Source: Bacteroidota bacterium
GTDB taxonomy: Bacteria; Bacteroidota; Bacteroidia; Chitinophagales; Chitinophagaceae
DNA length: 64,000 nucleotides
NCBI GenBank assembly: GCA_018268055.1
Contig: JAFDXF010000019.1
Location: 8,580-72,579 of the forward strand
Direction of reading: 5' to 3'
Of this stretch, positions 48,342 to 59,289 are shown one piece after another (the stretch's first letter is position 1; each line of letters starts with the position of its first letter). Position numbers and translations under genes: made by a program. Below the pieces are notes generated by a model, which was not told where the DNA came from, did no database searches, and was given only the letters and a program-made list of their open reading frames with translations.

Positions 48342-49022
48342 CTAAGAAATTTTACTAAGTATCCATCCCATCGCCTTTTCAAACTGTTGATTCTCTGTTA
48401 AATGGGTATTATCTAATATATATGCATCTTCTGCTTTTCTAAGTGGGCTAATTTCGCGGTTGGAGTCTATATAATCTCTCATTTCAAGATTATCTTTTAC
48501 TTCTTCAATAGTAATATTCGGGTTTTTGGCATAGAGTTCTTTAAAACGGCGCTCCACCCGAACTGCTGTATCGGCAGTCATAAATATTTTTAACTCAGCA
48601 TCAGGAAATACCGTGGTACCAATATCTCTTCCATCCATCACGATACCTTTTTTGTCACCCATTTTTTGTTGTTGTGCTACGGCAAATTCTCTTACCTCTT
48701 TGATCGCTGCTACATCACTCACTTTTTCGGCAATCAATAAATCACGGATCAAGTATTCAACATTTTCACCATTGAGATATATTTCACTTGATTGCGTGTT
48801 AGGGTTGGAATGAAACTCCAGGCTAATTTGCTTTAAAGCTTGTTTTATTTCCTCATTTTCTTCCAAGTCAATATTATTCCTTAAAAAATAAAGAGTGATA
48901 GCTCTGTACATAGCACCACTATCTACATATATATAGTTTAATTTCTTTGCCAGTTGCTTTGCCAGGGTGCTTTTCCCGCAACTACTCCAGCCGTCAATCG
49001 TTATAATTATTTTCTTTGCCAT
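48342..49022 (-). CDS. cmk: Cytidylate kinase
   Basis: ITIDGWSSCGKST, YVDSGAMYRA, VMDGRDIGTTVFPDA and RDYIDSNREISPL motifs. Start moved to ATG 49022. Confidence 0.96.
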   Translation of the reverse strand: MAKKIIITIDGWSSCGKSTLAKQLAKKLNYIYVDSGAMYRAITLYFLRNNIDLEENEEIKQALKQISLEFHSNPNTQSSEIYLNGENVEYLIRDLLIAEKVSDVAAIKEVREFAVAQQQKMGDKKGIVMDGRDIGTTVFPDAELKIFMTADTAVRVERRFKELYAKNPNITIEEVKDNLEMRDYIDSNREISPLRKAEDAYILDNTHLTENQQFEKAMGWILSKIS

Positions 49023-49032
49023 TGCCAATGCA

Positions 49033-49069
49033 AAAATAAAAGGAGTACCGATAGTCAGCACTCCTTTTT
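49033..49069 (-). terminator. Intrinsic terminator after clpC, overlapping the cmk -7 element (TATTTTTG, 49038-49031)
   Basis: AAAAGGAGT ... ACTCCTTTT stem with U-rich tail. Confidence 0.7.
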
Positions 49070-49090
49070 GAAATTTATCAAAATAAATTT

Positions 49091-51622
49091 TTATGCCTGA
49101 GTCTTTTCTTCTGCTTTTGGCTTAAAGCTAAAAGTAAGTTTTCCGTGTTCTGTATCGGCATCTGCTACTAAAACATCACCGGCTTTTACATTCATATTCA
49201 AAATCTCTTCAGCAAGTGGGTCTTCTAAGTATTTTTGAATAGCTCTGTGTAAAGGTCGTGCGCCAAACTGCTGATCATAGCCCTTATCGGCAAGAAATGA
49301 TTTGGCAGATTCTGAAAGTTCTAACCCAAAACCAAGAGTAGTAAGTCTTTTCATTACACCTTTCATCAAAATGTCAATAATGCTAAAGATGTTTTCTTTG
49401 GTAAGACTATTGAATATTACTACATCATCAATTCTATTTAAAAACTCAGGAGAAAATGTTTTTTTCAAAGCCTTCTCAATAACTGCTTTGTTTGCTTCAT
49501 CTTCATTTTCCAATCGGGCAGTCGTGGTAAAGCCCACACCACTTCCAAAATCTTTTAATTGACGTACACCGATATTTGATGTCATGATGATGAGGGTGTT
49601 TTTAAAATCTACTTTTCTGCCCAATCCATCTGTCAATTGTCCATCATCTAATACTTGCAATAAAATATTATAGATATCCGGATGTGCTTTTTCAATTTCA
49701 TCCAATAAAATAACACTATACGGTTTGCGACGTACTCTTTCGGTCAGTTGTCCGCCTTCTTCGTAGCCAACATATCCGGGAGGAGCACCGATTAAGCGGC
49801 TCACTGTGAATTTTTCCATGTACTCACTCATGTCAATGCGTATCAGCGATTCTTCACTGTCAAACATTTGGCGGGAGAGTGCTCTGGCCAACTCCGTTTT
49901 ACCCACACCCGTAGGGCCAAGAAATATAAATGAGCCAACCGGTTTCTTAGGGTCTTTTAATCCAACCCTATTCCGTTGTATTGCTTTTACTACTTTTAAA
50001 ATTGCTTCGTCCTGTCCTATTACCATACCTCTCATATCATCCGCCATCTTGCGTAGCTTTTCAGTTTCTGCCTGCACCATTCTTTTTACCGGTATGCCCG
50101 TCATCATACTTACCACTTCGGCAATATCTTCTTCTCCAATAGGGTAGCGTTTGTGTTTGCTCTCTTCTTCCCACTGGCTCTTGGCATGTTCCAAATCTTC
50201 CTGCAATCTTTTTTCTGTATCACGAAGTGAAGCGGCTTCTTCAAATTTTTGACTCTTTACCACTTTGTTCTTCTCGTTCTTTACATCTTCAATCTTGCTT
50301 TCTAAGTCGATGATATTTTGTGGAACATTGATGTTTTTAAGATGCACTCTGGCACCTACTTCATCCATCACATCTATAGCCTTATCGGGTAGCAGGCGGT
50401 CGGTGATGTAACGATCGCTCAACTTTACGCAAGCGTCTATTGCTTCGTTGTCATAATTCACATTGTGATAATCTTCGTATTTGGATTTAATGTTATTTAA
50501 AATCTGAATAGTGTCATCTACACTTGGTGGATCAATAATTACTTTTTGAAAACGGCGATCTAATGCGCCATCTTTTTCTATGTGCATCCTATATTCATCC
50601 AATGTTGATGCACCAATGCATTGAAGCTCGCCTCTGGCTAATGCCGGTTTGAAAATGTTGCTGGCATCTAATGAGCCGCTGGCGCCGCCAGCACCTACAA
50701 TGGTATGTAATTCGTCTATGAATAAAATAACGTCACGATTTTTTTCCAACTCATTCATGATGGCTTTCATCCGTTCTTCAAACTGGCCACGATATTTTGT
50801 GCCGGCTACCAATGCAGCAAGATCCAAAGAGATGACTCTTTTATCAAAAAGTACACGGGAAACCTTTCTTTGTACGATTCTCAATGCAAGCCCTTCCACA
50901 ATTGCTGTTTTACCCACTCCGGGTTCGCCAATCAGAATCGGATTATTCTTTTTACGACGTGAAAGTATTTGCGAAACTCTTTCAATCTCAGATTCTCTTC
51001 CTACGATTGGGTCTAAGGTGCCCATTTCGGCAAGTTTGGTAATATCTCTACCGAAATTATCCAATACAGGTGTTTTGCTTTTTACGCCACCTGCTTGCTT
51101 GCTTCCCCCTTTGGGCTGCGAATATTTTTTTTCTTCATCAAACTCTTCTTCGCCTTCTTCATTGTATTCGGAACGAATGTCGTTTGATTTTACAATGCCT
51201 AATTCCTGGCGGAACAAATCATAATCCACATCAAATTGATTTAAAATCTGGGTGGCTACGTTTTCTTTATTCTTTAATATAGAAAGCATGAGATGCTCTG
51301 TTTCTACCGTGGGGCTTTTAAGCGCTTTTGCTTCTAAAACAGTTACTCGGATTACTTTCTCTGCGGGCTTGGTAAGCGGCAGACTGTTGATATTGGCAAT
51401 ATTCTTTCCGGATTTATCTTTTACAGCTAATTCTACTTCTTTTCTGAGCTCGTATAAATCTACATTGAAACTTTTCAGAATCCGAATAGCTGTATTTTCA
51501 CCTTCACGAATAAGTCCAAGCAATAAATGCTCTGTTCCGATAAAATCATTTCCCAATTTCAAAGCCTCTTCTCTGCTATACGAAATGATTTCTTTTACCT
51601 GTGCTGAAAAATTATTATCCAT
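49091..51622 (-). CDS. clpC: ATP-dependent Clp protease ATP-binding subunit (ClpC-like)
   Basis: Clp N-domain repeats; GEPGVGKT NBD1; UVR coiled coil; GPTGVGKT NBD2; DMSEYMEK; GARPL. Confidence 0.95.
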   Translation of the reverse strand: MDNNFSAQVKEIISYSREEALKLGNDFIGTEHLLLGLIREGENTAIRILKSFNVDLYELRKEVELAVKDKSGKNIANINSLPLTKPAEKVIRVTVLEAKALKSPTVETEHLMLSILKNKENVATQILNQFDVDYDLFRQELGIVKSNDIRSEYNEEGEEEFDEEKKYSQPKGGSKQAGGVKSKTPVLDNFGRDITKLAEMGTLDPIVGRESEIERVSQILSRRKKNNPILIGEPGVGKTAIVEGLALRIVQRKVSRVLFDKRVISLDLAALVAGTKYRGQFEERMKAIMNELEKNRDVILFIDELHTIVGAGGASGSLDASNIFKPALARGELQCIGASTLDEYRMHIEKDGALDRRFQKVIIDPPSVDDTIQILNNIKSKYEDYHNVNYDNEAIDACVKLSDRYITDRLLPDKAIDVMDEVGARVHLKNINVPQNIIDLESKIEDVKNEKNKVVKSQKFEEAASLRDTEKRLQEDLEHAKSQWEEESKHKRYPIGEEDIAEVVSMMTGIPVKRMVQAETEKLRKMADDMRGMVIGQDEAILKVVKAIQRNRVGLKDPKKPVGSFIFLGPTGVGKTELARALSRQMFDSEESLIRIDMSEYMEKFTVSRLIGAPPGYVGYEEGGQLTERVRRKPYSVILLDEIEKAHPDIYNILLQVLDDGQLTDGLGRKVDFKNTLIIMTSNIGVRQLKDFGSGVGFTTTARLENEDEANKAVIEKALKKTFSPEFLNRIDDVVIFNSLTKENIFSIIDILMKGVMKRLTTLGFGLELSESAKSFLADKGYDQQFGARPLHRAIQKYLEDPLAEEILNMNVKAGDVLVADADTEHGKLTFSFKPKAEEKTQA

Positions 51623-51776
51623 AATGAGATAATTAGTTGTGCTACAATATTACTAAATAAATTTGTTTTGCCTTGCCGAATAATTATAAACGAAGTGTTG
51701 ATAAATTTAATCAGAGAAAATCACCCAATTTTGTTTTCTTAATTTCGCTTGTTACTAAACGACATAAACTCAATCT

Positions 51777-52163
51777 ATGAAAGTCAAAATTGATACCAAA
51801 GAAAAATTTAATAGCGTTACACTGTCAGAAACTGTACTAACTGCCGCTATGACTGAAGAATTGTCTGATACCTTAATTGTTTTTCTGGAAAAATCTGTTA
51901 AAAATGTAGTGCTGATAATGACAGAGGTATCGGAAATGGATATAGTTGCTGCAGAGAAATTGGTGACCATTCAACAGCAATTTTATGAAAATGGGGCATC
52001 ATTTGTAATCTGTAATCTTCAAAATTCTGTCTTAGACTTTTTGGATAAAAACGAATTGCTGGAGATGATGAATGTAACACCGACCGAAAGTGAAGCATGG
52101 GACATCGTTCAGATGGAAGAAATGGAAAGGGAAATGTTTGGAGATGATGATGCAGCTAATTGA
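51777..52163 (+). CDS. STAS domain protein (anti-sigma antagonist-like)
   Basis: MKVKIDTKEKF, NVVLIMTEV...D and PTESEAWDIVQMEEMERE motifs, matching the conserved Bacteroidota STAS protein upstream of rnz. Confidence 0.8.
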   Translation: MKVKIDTKEKFNSVTLSETVLTAAMTEELSDTLIVFLEKSVKNVVLIMTEVSEMDIVAAEKLVTIQQQFYENGASFVICNLQNSVLDFLDKNELLEMMNVTPTESEAWDIVQMEEMEREMFGDDDAAN

Positions 52164-52211
52164 TATTATTTTGAGTCTTTAGAAGTATTATTCAAAACCA
52201 ACAATACATTA

Positions 52212-53114
52212 ATGTTTGCAGTAACCATTTTAGGAAATAACTCAGCAGTGCCGGCATTTGGCAGGCACCCTACTGCTCAGGTGGTTACTTTTAATGGAGT
52301 TAATTATTTGGTGGACTGTGGCGAAGGCACACAAATCCAAATGATAAATTACAAGATTAGGCGTAGCAAAATATCTCACATCTTTATTTCACATTTGCAC
52401 GGAGACCATTATTTTGGTCTGATTGGGTTGATTAACAGCTTTGGTCTGCTCAGTCATCAACAAGAGCTGCATGTATTTGGCCCCGCAGGGTTGAAAGAGA
52501 TTATTGAATTGCAATTAAAAGTTGCTGAAACCACTTTGCCCTTTAATTTATACTTGCACACCATCACCGGCGCTGCTACATTGGTGGATAATGAAAAAAT
52601 TACGATCAAATGCTTCCCAACCAATCATCGTATTGAATGTTATGGATTTGTATTTGAGGAAAAAAAAATGCCTCGTAAATTAATTCCTGAAAAAGCAATT
52701 GAGTTCGAAATTCCACAATCTTTTTATGAACGGTTAAGACTTGGAGAAGATTATACAAAGAAAGACGGGAGCATTGTGAAAAATGAATGGCTCACAGAAG
52801 AAGGGCCACATTGCAGAAAGTATGCTTTTTGTGCGGATACTAAATATGATGAATCTATCATACCGCACATAGCAAATGCAGATATGATATATCATGAAAC
52901 TACTTATTTGGACAATTTAAAAGATCGAGCAGAAAGCCGATTTCACTCTACAACGAAGCAAGCGGCATTAATAGCAAAAAAAGCCAAAGTAAAAAAATTA
53001 CTCATCGGTCACTTCAGTAGTAAATACGATACCCTGGAAGAATTTGAATTAGAAGCCAAAGAAGTGTTCCCCAATACCCGATTGGCATTAGAAGGCACTT
53101 GCTTTAATATTTGA
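52212..53114 (+). CDS. rnz: Ribonuclease Z
   Basis: DCGEGTQ, HIFISHLHGDH, CADT, HETT and GHFSSKY motifs. Confidence 0.95.
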   Translation: MFAVTILGNNSAVPAFGRHPTAQVVTFNGVNYLVDCGEGTQIQMINYKIRRSKISHIFISHLHGDHYFGLIGLINSFGLLSHQQELHVFGPAGLKEIIELQLKVAETTLPFNLYLHTITGAATLVDNEKITIKCFPTNHRIECYGFVFEEKKMPRKLIPEKAIEFEIPQSFYERLRLGEDYTKKDGSIVKNEWLTEEGPHCRKYAFCADTKYDESIIPHIANADMIYHETTYLDNLKDRAESRFHSTTKQAALIAKKAKVKKLLIGHFSSKYDTLEEFELEAKEVFPNTRLALEGTCFNI

Positions 53115-53140
53115 TTTTTGCTTGCCGAAAAGAATAGATG

Positions 53141-53578
53141 CTACATACCCGGCAATAAATGTCTGCCTATGCCTGAGCCTCTGAATGGCCATGGAACTGC
53201 AACTAAAATAAAGATGAGTGATGTTACTAATAACCAGCCCGCAGCTTTATAATTAAATGCTTTAGCTTTTCCTCTTGCCATTGTAATTAAAACAATAGCA
53301 ACAATCATCAGCAATGGATGCTCTACCCAATAAAAGCGATAAAAAGAATCTTTCATCAAACTTGTACCTGCTGGTAATCCTTTATTAATCATTCCAAAAC
53401 GGCCTAATAGTAATTGGTATAATCCGATGCCCAACATAGTATGTGCACAAATCATCAACCAAAGGCTCGATTTTTTTAAACTTTTGTTTTTAGAAAATGC
53501 CTGATAGATGGTAACAAAAAGTAGAACAATAATTATCCAACGAAGAACGCTGTGCAGATCCAACATACCCTTTTCCAT
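53141..53578 (-). CDS. Conserved hypothetical 4-TM membrane protein (cytochrome b-like family, tentative)
   Basis: LHSVLRW, HTMLGIGL and RFYWVEHPLLM..A..LIT motifs; conserved His residues in TM segments. Confidence 0.7.
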   Translation of the reverse strand: MEKGMLDLHSVLRWIIIVLLFVTIYQAFSKNKSLKKSSLWLMICAHTMLGIGLYQLLLGRFGMINKGLPAGTSLMKDSFYRFYWVEHPLLMIVAIVLITMARGKAKAFNYKAAGWLLVTSLIFILVAVPWPFRGSGIGRHLLPGM

Positions 53579-53635
53579 AAACGTGGTTTTAGTTTTATTA
53601 AAGCGCTAAAGTTACAATATACTGGCCTTTCAAAA

Positions 53636-54739
53636 TTATTCTACCCAATCTGCAATAAAAACATTGGTGTCGTGTGTACCGCCATTATTTCGGTTGCTGG
53701 AGAATAGAATTTTCTTACCATCGGGTGAAAACATTGGAAATGCATCAAATATTTTTTCGTGAGTTATTTTTTGCAAATTTGTCCCATCGCCATTGATAGA
53801 ATACAAATTGAAAGGGAAACCACGCTTGTATTCCTGATTGCTGGCAAAAATGATTCGTTTGCTATCGGGGAAGAAAGAAGGTGCCCAATTTGCCTGACCA
53901 AAATTGGTTATTTGCTTTGCATTACTACCATCGGCATTGGCAGTAAAAACTTCCATATTCGTAGGAGCAACCAATCCTTCGGCCAATAATTCTTTGTACT
54001 CTTTTACTTCCGCATCTGTTTTCGGACGACTTGCACGCCAGATGATTTTTTTACCATCGGGGCTAAACCAAGCGCCACCATCGTAACCCAACGTATTGGT
54101 AACACGTTTTTCTTTTCCTGTTTTTAAATCCATTATATAAAGATCCAAATCGCCATCTTTATCACTTGTATAAATCATTTTTTTGCCATCAGGGCTTAAT
54201 GTTGCTTCTGCATCATAACCTTTTGCATTTGTTAGTTGCTTTACAATTTTTCCATTCAGATCGGCCATAAAAATATCATAGGTATCATATAACGGCCAGA
54301 TATAGCGATTACCATATTTTTTTCTATCAGGTACCGGTGGGCATGTATCTGCACCAAGATGTGTGGACGCATAGATGATGTGCTTGCCATCTTTCGTGAA
54401 TGCACCACAGGTTGTTCTTCCTTTACCGGTACTCACCATTTTATAAGTGAATTTTTCTCCTTGTTTCGGTACCTTACCAATAAACATTTGATCGCATAAA
54501 AGACCATCTTTTGGATCGGTACGTTGAAAAATAATCCACTTACCATCATAACTGAAATAGGCTTCAGCGTTATCACCACCGAATGTAAGTTGCTGCACAT
54601 TTTTTAAATGAGTTTCCTCCGGAAAATGAATCGTATCAACAGAAATTGGTGATACAAGATTCATTGTAGTGCCCATGCGAAAAGAAGTAAGTGCAAAAGT
54701 TGTTATTCCGGCAAAAAAGAAAAAGAATATACGTTTCAT
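53636..54739 (-). CDS. TolB-like PD40 beta-propeller protein, secreted
   Basis: Repeated AYFSYDG, ATLSPDG, AWFSPDG, SFFPDS and MFSPDG PD40 repeats. Confidence 0.88.
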   Translation of the reverse strand: MKRIFFFFFAGITTFALTSFRMGTTMNLVSPISVDTIHFPEETHLKNVQQLTFGGDNAEAYFSYDGKWIIFQRTDPKDGLLCDQMFIGKVPKQGEKFTYKMVSTGKGRTTCGAFTKDGKHIIYASTHLGADTCPPVPDRKKYGNRYIWPLYDTYDIFMADLNGKIVKQLTNAKGYDAEATLSPDGKKMIYTSDKDGDLDLYIMDLKTGKEKRVTNTLGYDGGAWFSPDGKKIIWRASRPKTDAEVKEYKELLAEGLVAPTNMEVFTANADGSNAKQITNFGQANWAPSFFPDSKRIIFASNQEYKRGFPFNLYSINGDGTNLQKITHEKIFDAFPMFSPDGKKILFSSNRNNGGTHDTNVFIADWVE

Positions 54740-54891
54740 TGCTATGGTTTAAAAATGAGTGGCAAAGATATTTTTGTTAAAAAACTCATTTGTCAGATTA
54801 TTGTCACATCTCGGGTTGTAAAATCGTATAGTTTTGTACTTATTGTATCTGAAATAATGTAAATCAGCTATTCACTGCAATTCAAAAATTT

Positions 54892-55899
54892 ATGCTGAAG
54901 AATACAAAAATTATTGGGGCACTTATTTTATTTATTTTCTTGCTAAGCGGTTGCGGAAATGGGGATCAAGAGACTTCTCCTTATGAAGACTTATTCAATC
55001 AACCCACCTTTTCAAAAATAACAGACAGTATTCGTGATGCACCCAAAAATGATGAACTCTATTTTCATCGTGCAGTGCTGCTCAACTCAAACAATTATCC
55101 TGAGCCTGCCTTGGAAGATTTTAAAATAGCGTGGGCAATAAAAAAAGAAGAACGTTATGCTTTAGGCGTGGGTAATCTTTTATTGGAAAATAAACCTGAT
55201 ACCGCCATCGCATTTTTAAACGCAGCAGTAAAAGAGATTCCCAATAGCCTTTTATTGCAAATAACCTTGGCTAAAGCATACAATATTAAAGGTGAATCAG
55301 AAGCTGCACTTACTCTATGTGATAAAATTTTGACTACACTACCGCAACAAGTTGATGTATTGAAATTAAAAGCTGATATTTTAAATAAACAAGAAAAGCC
55401 GGAAGAAGCAATTAAAATTTTAGAGCAGGCTTATTCTTTAACACCTTATGATATTGCTTTGAATTATTCATTGGCAAATCTATATGCCGAAAATAATAAT
55501 CCAAAAGTTTTGCGTATCTGCGATTCTTTAATAAAAGTAGATACATTAGGTCAATTTGCCGAGCCTTACTATCTCAAAGGCATTTATTATACAAACATTG
55601 AAGACGATGTAAAAGCACTGAGCATGTTCAATACCGCTATTCAAAAAAATTATACATTTCTGAATGCGTACATTGAAAAGGGTAAATTATTTTTCAATCA
55701 GAAAAAATTTGTAGAAGCCTTAAAAGTATTTCAATTATGCAGTTCTATAAAGCCTGCTTATCCTGATGCCTATTATTGGATTGGTATGTGTCAAGAGGCG
55801 ACTGGGGAAAAAGAAAACGCATACCTAAATTTTCATCGGGCTTATGAATTAGATAAAACATTTACAGAAGCTAAAGAAGCAATGAGTCGGGTGAAGTAA
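54892..55899 (+). CDS. Tetratricopeptide-repeat lipoprotein
   Basis: Lipobox LSGC; multiple TPRs (e.g. AEPYYLKG, AYIEKG, DAYYWIG). Confidence 0.85.
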   Translation: MLKNTKIIGALILFIFLLSGCGNGDQETSPYEDLFNQPTFSKITDSIRDAPKNDELYFHRAVLLNSNNYPEPALEDFKIAWAIKKEERYALGVGNLLLENKPDTAIAFLNAAVKEIPNSLLLQITLAKAYNIKGESEAALTLCDKILTTLPQQVDVLKLKADILNKQEKPEEAIKILEQAYSLTPYDIALNYSLANLYAENNNPKVLRICDSLIKVDTLGQFAEPYYLKGIYYTNIEDDVKALSMFNTAIQKNYTFLNAYIEKGKLFFNQKKFVEALKVFQLCSSIKPAYPDAYYWIGMCQEATGEKENAYLNFHRAYELDKTFTEAKEAMSRVK

Positions 55900-55999
55900 T
55901 CATTGATGTTAACGGGTGCAGATGCTTACTGCAAATCATTTTTTGTAGTTTAATGGATAAACAAATTCCATTGCCTAAATTGCATCAAAATATACGCCG

Positions 56000-56647
56000 A
56001 TGGCCATAATTGCTCCTTCACTTCTTTCTGCAAATTTCTTAAATCTGCAAGCCGATTGCGATATGCTTAACAAAAGCGAAGCCGACTGGTATCATTTGGA
56101 TATTATGGACGGTCGTTTTGTCCCTAATATTAGTTTTGGGCCAATGCTGGTTGAATTTTTTAGAAAAGCAACAAAAAAAGAATGTGATGTGCATTTGATG
56201 ATTGAGGAACCGGAACGCTACGCCGAACAGTTTAAAAATGCAGGTGCCAATCATTTATCTGTTCATATTGAAGCCTGTAATCATTTGCATCGTAATATTC
56301 AACAAATAAAGTCTTTGGGTATGAAAGCCGGAGTGGCGATTAATCCACACACGCCAATCAATCAATTGGTCGATATCATTGCAGATATAGACATCGTATG
56401 TATGATGAGTGTGAATCCGGGTTTTGGCGGACAAAAATTTATTACACATACATTAGAAAAAATAAAGCAACTACGCAAATTGATTGATGAAAAAGGGCTA
56501 AAAGTGTTGATTGAAATTGATGGTGGTGTAACAATAGAAAATGCTCCTTCCATCATTGCTGCTGGTGCTGATGTATTGGTGGCAGGAAACACCGTTTTCA
56601 AATCGCCAAACCCAACAGATACAATCAGTCAATTAAAAAAGATATAA
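56000..56647 (+). CDS. rpe: Ribulose-phosphate 3-epimerase
   Basis: IAPSLLS, HLDIMDG.FVPN, DVHLMI, MSVNPGFGGQ and EIDGG motifs. Confidence 0.97.
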   Translation: MAIIAPSLLSANFLNLQADCDMLNKSEADWYHLDIMDGRFVPNISFGPMLVEFFRKATKKECDVHLMIEEPERYAEQFKNAGANHLSVHIEACNHLHRNIQQIKSLGMKAGVAINPHTPINQLVDIIADIDIVCMMSVNPGFGGQKFITHTLEKIKQLRKLIDEKGLKVLIEIDGGVTIENAPSIIAAGADVLVAGNTVFKSPNPTDTISQLKKI

Positions 56648-56674
56648 AACCTTAGCATCTTGTATCACATACTT

Positions 56675-59197
56675 ATGAAAGTGCCAAAACTGACTATACT
56701 GTTCTTTCTTTCTCTTTTCGTTCTATCTATTTCAGCGCTTGCACAAAAGAAGACGGCAATCGTATCAGGAAAAGTTGTGGACGAAAATGAACACACGCTT
56801 ACAGGCGTGTCTATAATAATTTTAGGCCAATCAAAAGGTGTGGTAACAAATGATTCAGGTTTTTTTAAAATTACGGTAAGTGCCAACAAGGCTTTTGCAT
56901 TAGTATTCAGTTATACTGGTCATAAAAGTGAACAAAGAAATTTTTTATTGAATGAAGGTGAAGAAGAAACTGTTTCAATAAGATTAGAAAAAGGTGAAAC
57001 AGAATTAACACCCGTGGTTGTAACAGATCAACGAGACAGAAGAGAAGCAGGACTAATTCGCCCCAATCCGAAAACAATTTTAAATCTTCCTTCTGCAGTT
57101 ACAGGTGTGGAAAGCTTGATTAAGATTTTTGTGGGAAGTAATAACGAATTAACCTCACAATATTCGGTGCGTGGCGGCAGCTATGATGAAAATCTTATTT
57201 ATGTAAATGACTTTGAAATATTCCGCCCCTATTTAGTGCGGAGTGGACAACAAGAAGGCTTGAGCTTTATCAATCCTGAAATGGTGCGCAACATTAATTT
57301 TTATAATGGTGGCTTTCAGGCAAAGTATGGCGACAAGATGAGCAGCGTACTGGATATTCAATATAAAAAGCCAAAGCGTTTTGGCGGTTCAGCATATATC
57401 AGTATTCTGGAACAAGGTTTGTCATTAGAAGGCACCAATAAAAATTCAAAATTCTCCTATATCGTTGGTGTACGCAATCGTAGCAATAGAAACCTATTAA
57501 GTCGTCAAGATACAAAAGGAAACTATGTTCCTTCTTCTGCCGATTTTCAAGGTTTGTTTACTTATCAATTCAATCCAAAATGGAATGCAGAATTATTAGC
57601 AAATATTTCTAAAACAAAATTTACTTTAATACCTGAGTTTAGTCAGCTGACTACTTCTGTTTTCTCACCGCTGTTTAGCGCTACGATTGGTATTGACATA
57701 AACTTTGACGGAAGTGAAAAAGATGAATACCAAACGGGAATGTTGGGCTTTTCCATTACCAATACAGTAAATAAAAAACTCCGATTAAAATGGATGGCTT
57801 CTCGGTTTGAAAATGATGAAAAAGAAAATGTAGATATTACGGGAGCTTATTTATTTGGTAATAGAGATTTTGATCGGCGTAATGCAACTTTTGGTCTTAT
57901 TGTTAATCCGCTCGGTGCAGGCATTTTTCAAAATTTTTCAAGAAATAATCTGAGTATTACAAATTGGAATATTGCACATAAAGGAAATTTAGATGCAGGG
58001 AAACACGCATTTCAATGGGGCTTAGGATATGATAAAACAATTATAGCAGATAAACTTAATGAGTGGGAGTTTCAGGATTCAGCAGGTTATTCTTTGCCTT
58101 ATCAACCCAATATGCTGCAATTGAATAAAGTTATAAAATCGAATGCCCATTTAGACATCAATAAACTATCCGGGTATTTTCAAGATAATATTTTATTGGG
58201 CAAAGATTCTGCACGTTCTGCAACACTTACTGCGGGTGTGCGATTTAACTACAATTCACTCAATAATGAATTCATTATTTCTCCTCGTATCGGTGCAAGC
58301 TGGAAGCCGAAATGGAAAAGTGATATTGTATTTCGTGCTGCAGCAGGTATTTATGATCAGCCTCCATTTTATCGTGAGTTGAGAAGATATGATGGTACTA
58401 TAAATACAAAATTAAAATCCCAAAAGAGTTGGCAAACTGTAGCCGGATTTGATTACAACTTTATTGGTATTGGCGACCGGCCTATGCGTTGGACTACCGA
58501 AGTGTATTATAAAAATATGTGGGATGTAGATCCTTATGATGTCGACAATGTGCGCATACGATACTTTGGAGAGAATATGGCAAAAGCGTATGCAGCAGGT
58601 GTAGATATGCGTTTGCATGGCGAGTTGGTTAAAGATGCAGAAAGCTGGGTGAGTATAGGAATTATGAAAACCAATGAAAATTTAGTGGGAGATCACTACT
58701 ACCGCTATAAAAATGCTGCCGGCGATTTTATCACTGCACAAAGTACAGATCAAACTCCGGTGGATAGCGTACGCTACGATGTAGGTTGGCTTCGCAGGCC
58801 TACTGACCGAAGAATCACTTTCGGCTTATATGCTTCCGATTATTTGGCAACGAACAAAAATTTCAAAGCCTACATCAATTTACTCTATGGCAGCAATTTG
58901 CCTTACAATATACCCAATGCCGTGAAGTACAGAAATGCCGCAGTAATCGATCCATATATTCGTTGCGATGTTGGTTTCAGCGCATTATTGATGGATGAAG
59001 ATAGGACGAAACGTAGAAGCCATTCACCATTCAGAAACTTTGATAATATATGGGCAACATTAGAAATTTTTAATATCATAGATAGAGCCAATACCATTTC
59101 ATATTTATTTGTAAAAGATTTTTCCAATACAATCTATCTGATGCCCAATCGACTTACTCCAAGATTAATCAATTTCAAGATAGTAGCAAGGTGGTAA
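56675..59197 (+). CDS. TonB-dependent-receptor-like outer-membrane protein with carboxypeptidase-regulatory-like N-domain (possibly PorF-like)
   Basis: Plug SQYSVRGGSYDENLIYVND and GGFQAKYGDKMSSVLDI; beta-barrel ending in W. Start moved to ATG 56675. PorF similarity is from memory. Confidence 0.8.
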   Translation: MKVPKLTILFFLSLFVLSISALAQKKTAIVSGKVVDENEHTLTGVSIIILGQSKGVVTNDSGFFKITVSANKAFALVFSYTGHKSEQRNFLLNEGEEETVSIRLEKGETELTPVVVTDQRDRREAGLIRPNPKTILNLPSAVTGVESLIKIFVGSNNELTSQYSVRGGSYDENLIYVNDFEIFRPYLVRSGQQEGLSFINPEMVRNINFYNGGFQAKYGDKMSSVLDIQYKKPKRFGGSAYISILEQGLSLEGTNKNSKFSYIVGVRNRSNRNLLSRQDTKGNYVPSSADFQGLFTYQFNPKWNAELLANISKTKFTLIPEFSQLTTSVFSPLFSATIGIDINFDGSEKDEYQTGMLGFSITNTVNKKLRLKWMASRFENDEKENVDITGAYLFGNRDFDRRNATFGLIVNPLGAGIFQNFSRNNLSITNWNIAHKGNLDAGKHAFQWGLGYDKTIIADKLNEWEFQDSAGYSLPYQPNMLQLNKVIKSNAHLDINKLSGYFQDNILLGKDSARSATLTAGVRFNYNSLNNEFIISPRIGASWKPKWKSDIVFRAAAGIYDQPPFYRELRRYDGTINTKLKSQKSWQTVAGFDYNFIGIGDRPMRWTTEVYYKNMWDVDPYDVDNVRIRYFGENMAKAYAAGVDMRLHGELVKDAESWVSIGIMKTNENLVGDHYYRYKNAAGDFITAQSTDQTPVDSVRYDVGWLRRPTDRRITFGLYASDYLATNKNFKAYINLLYGSNLPYNIPNAVKYRNAAVIDPYIRCDVGFSALLMDEDRTKRRSHSPFRNFDNIWATLEIFNIIDRANTISYLFVKDFSNTIYLMPNRLTPRLINFKIVARW

Positions 59198-59289
59198 AGA
59201 ATTATTTAATGTAAATGATTTGGAAGTGTGTATTTACTTTGTCTCTTTTTCATTATTTTAGTTGCACAAACATGGTTTAATTCAAAGAA

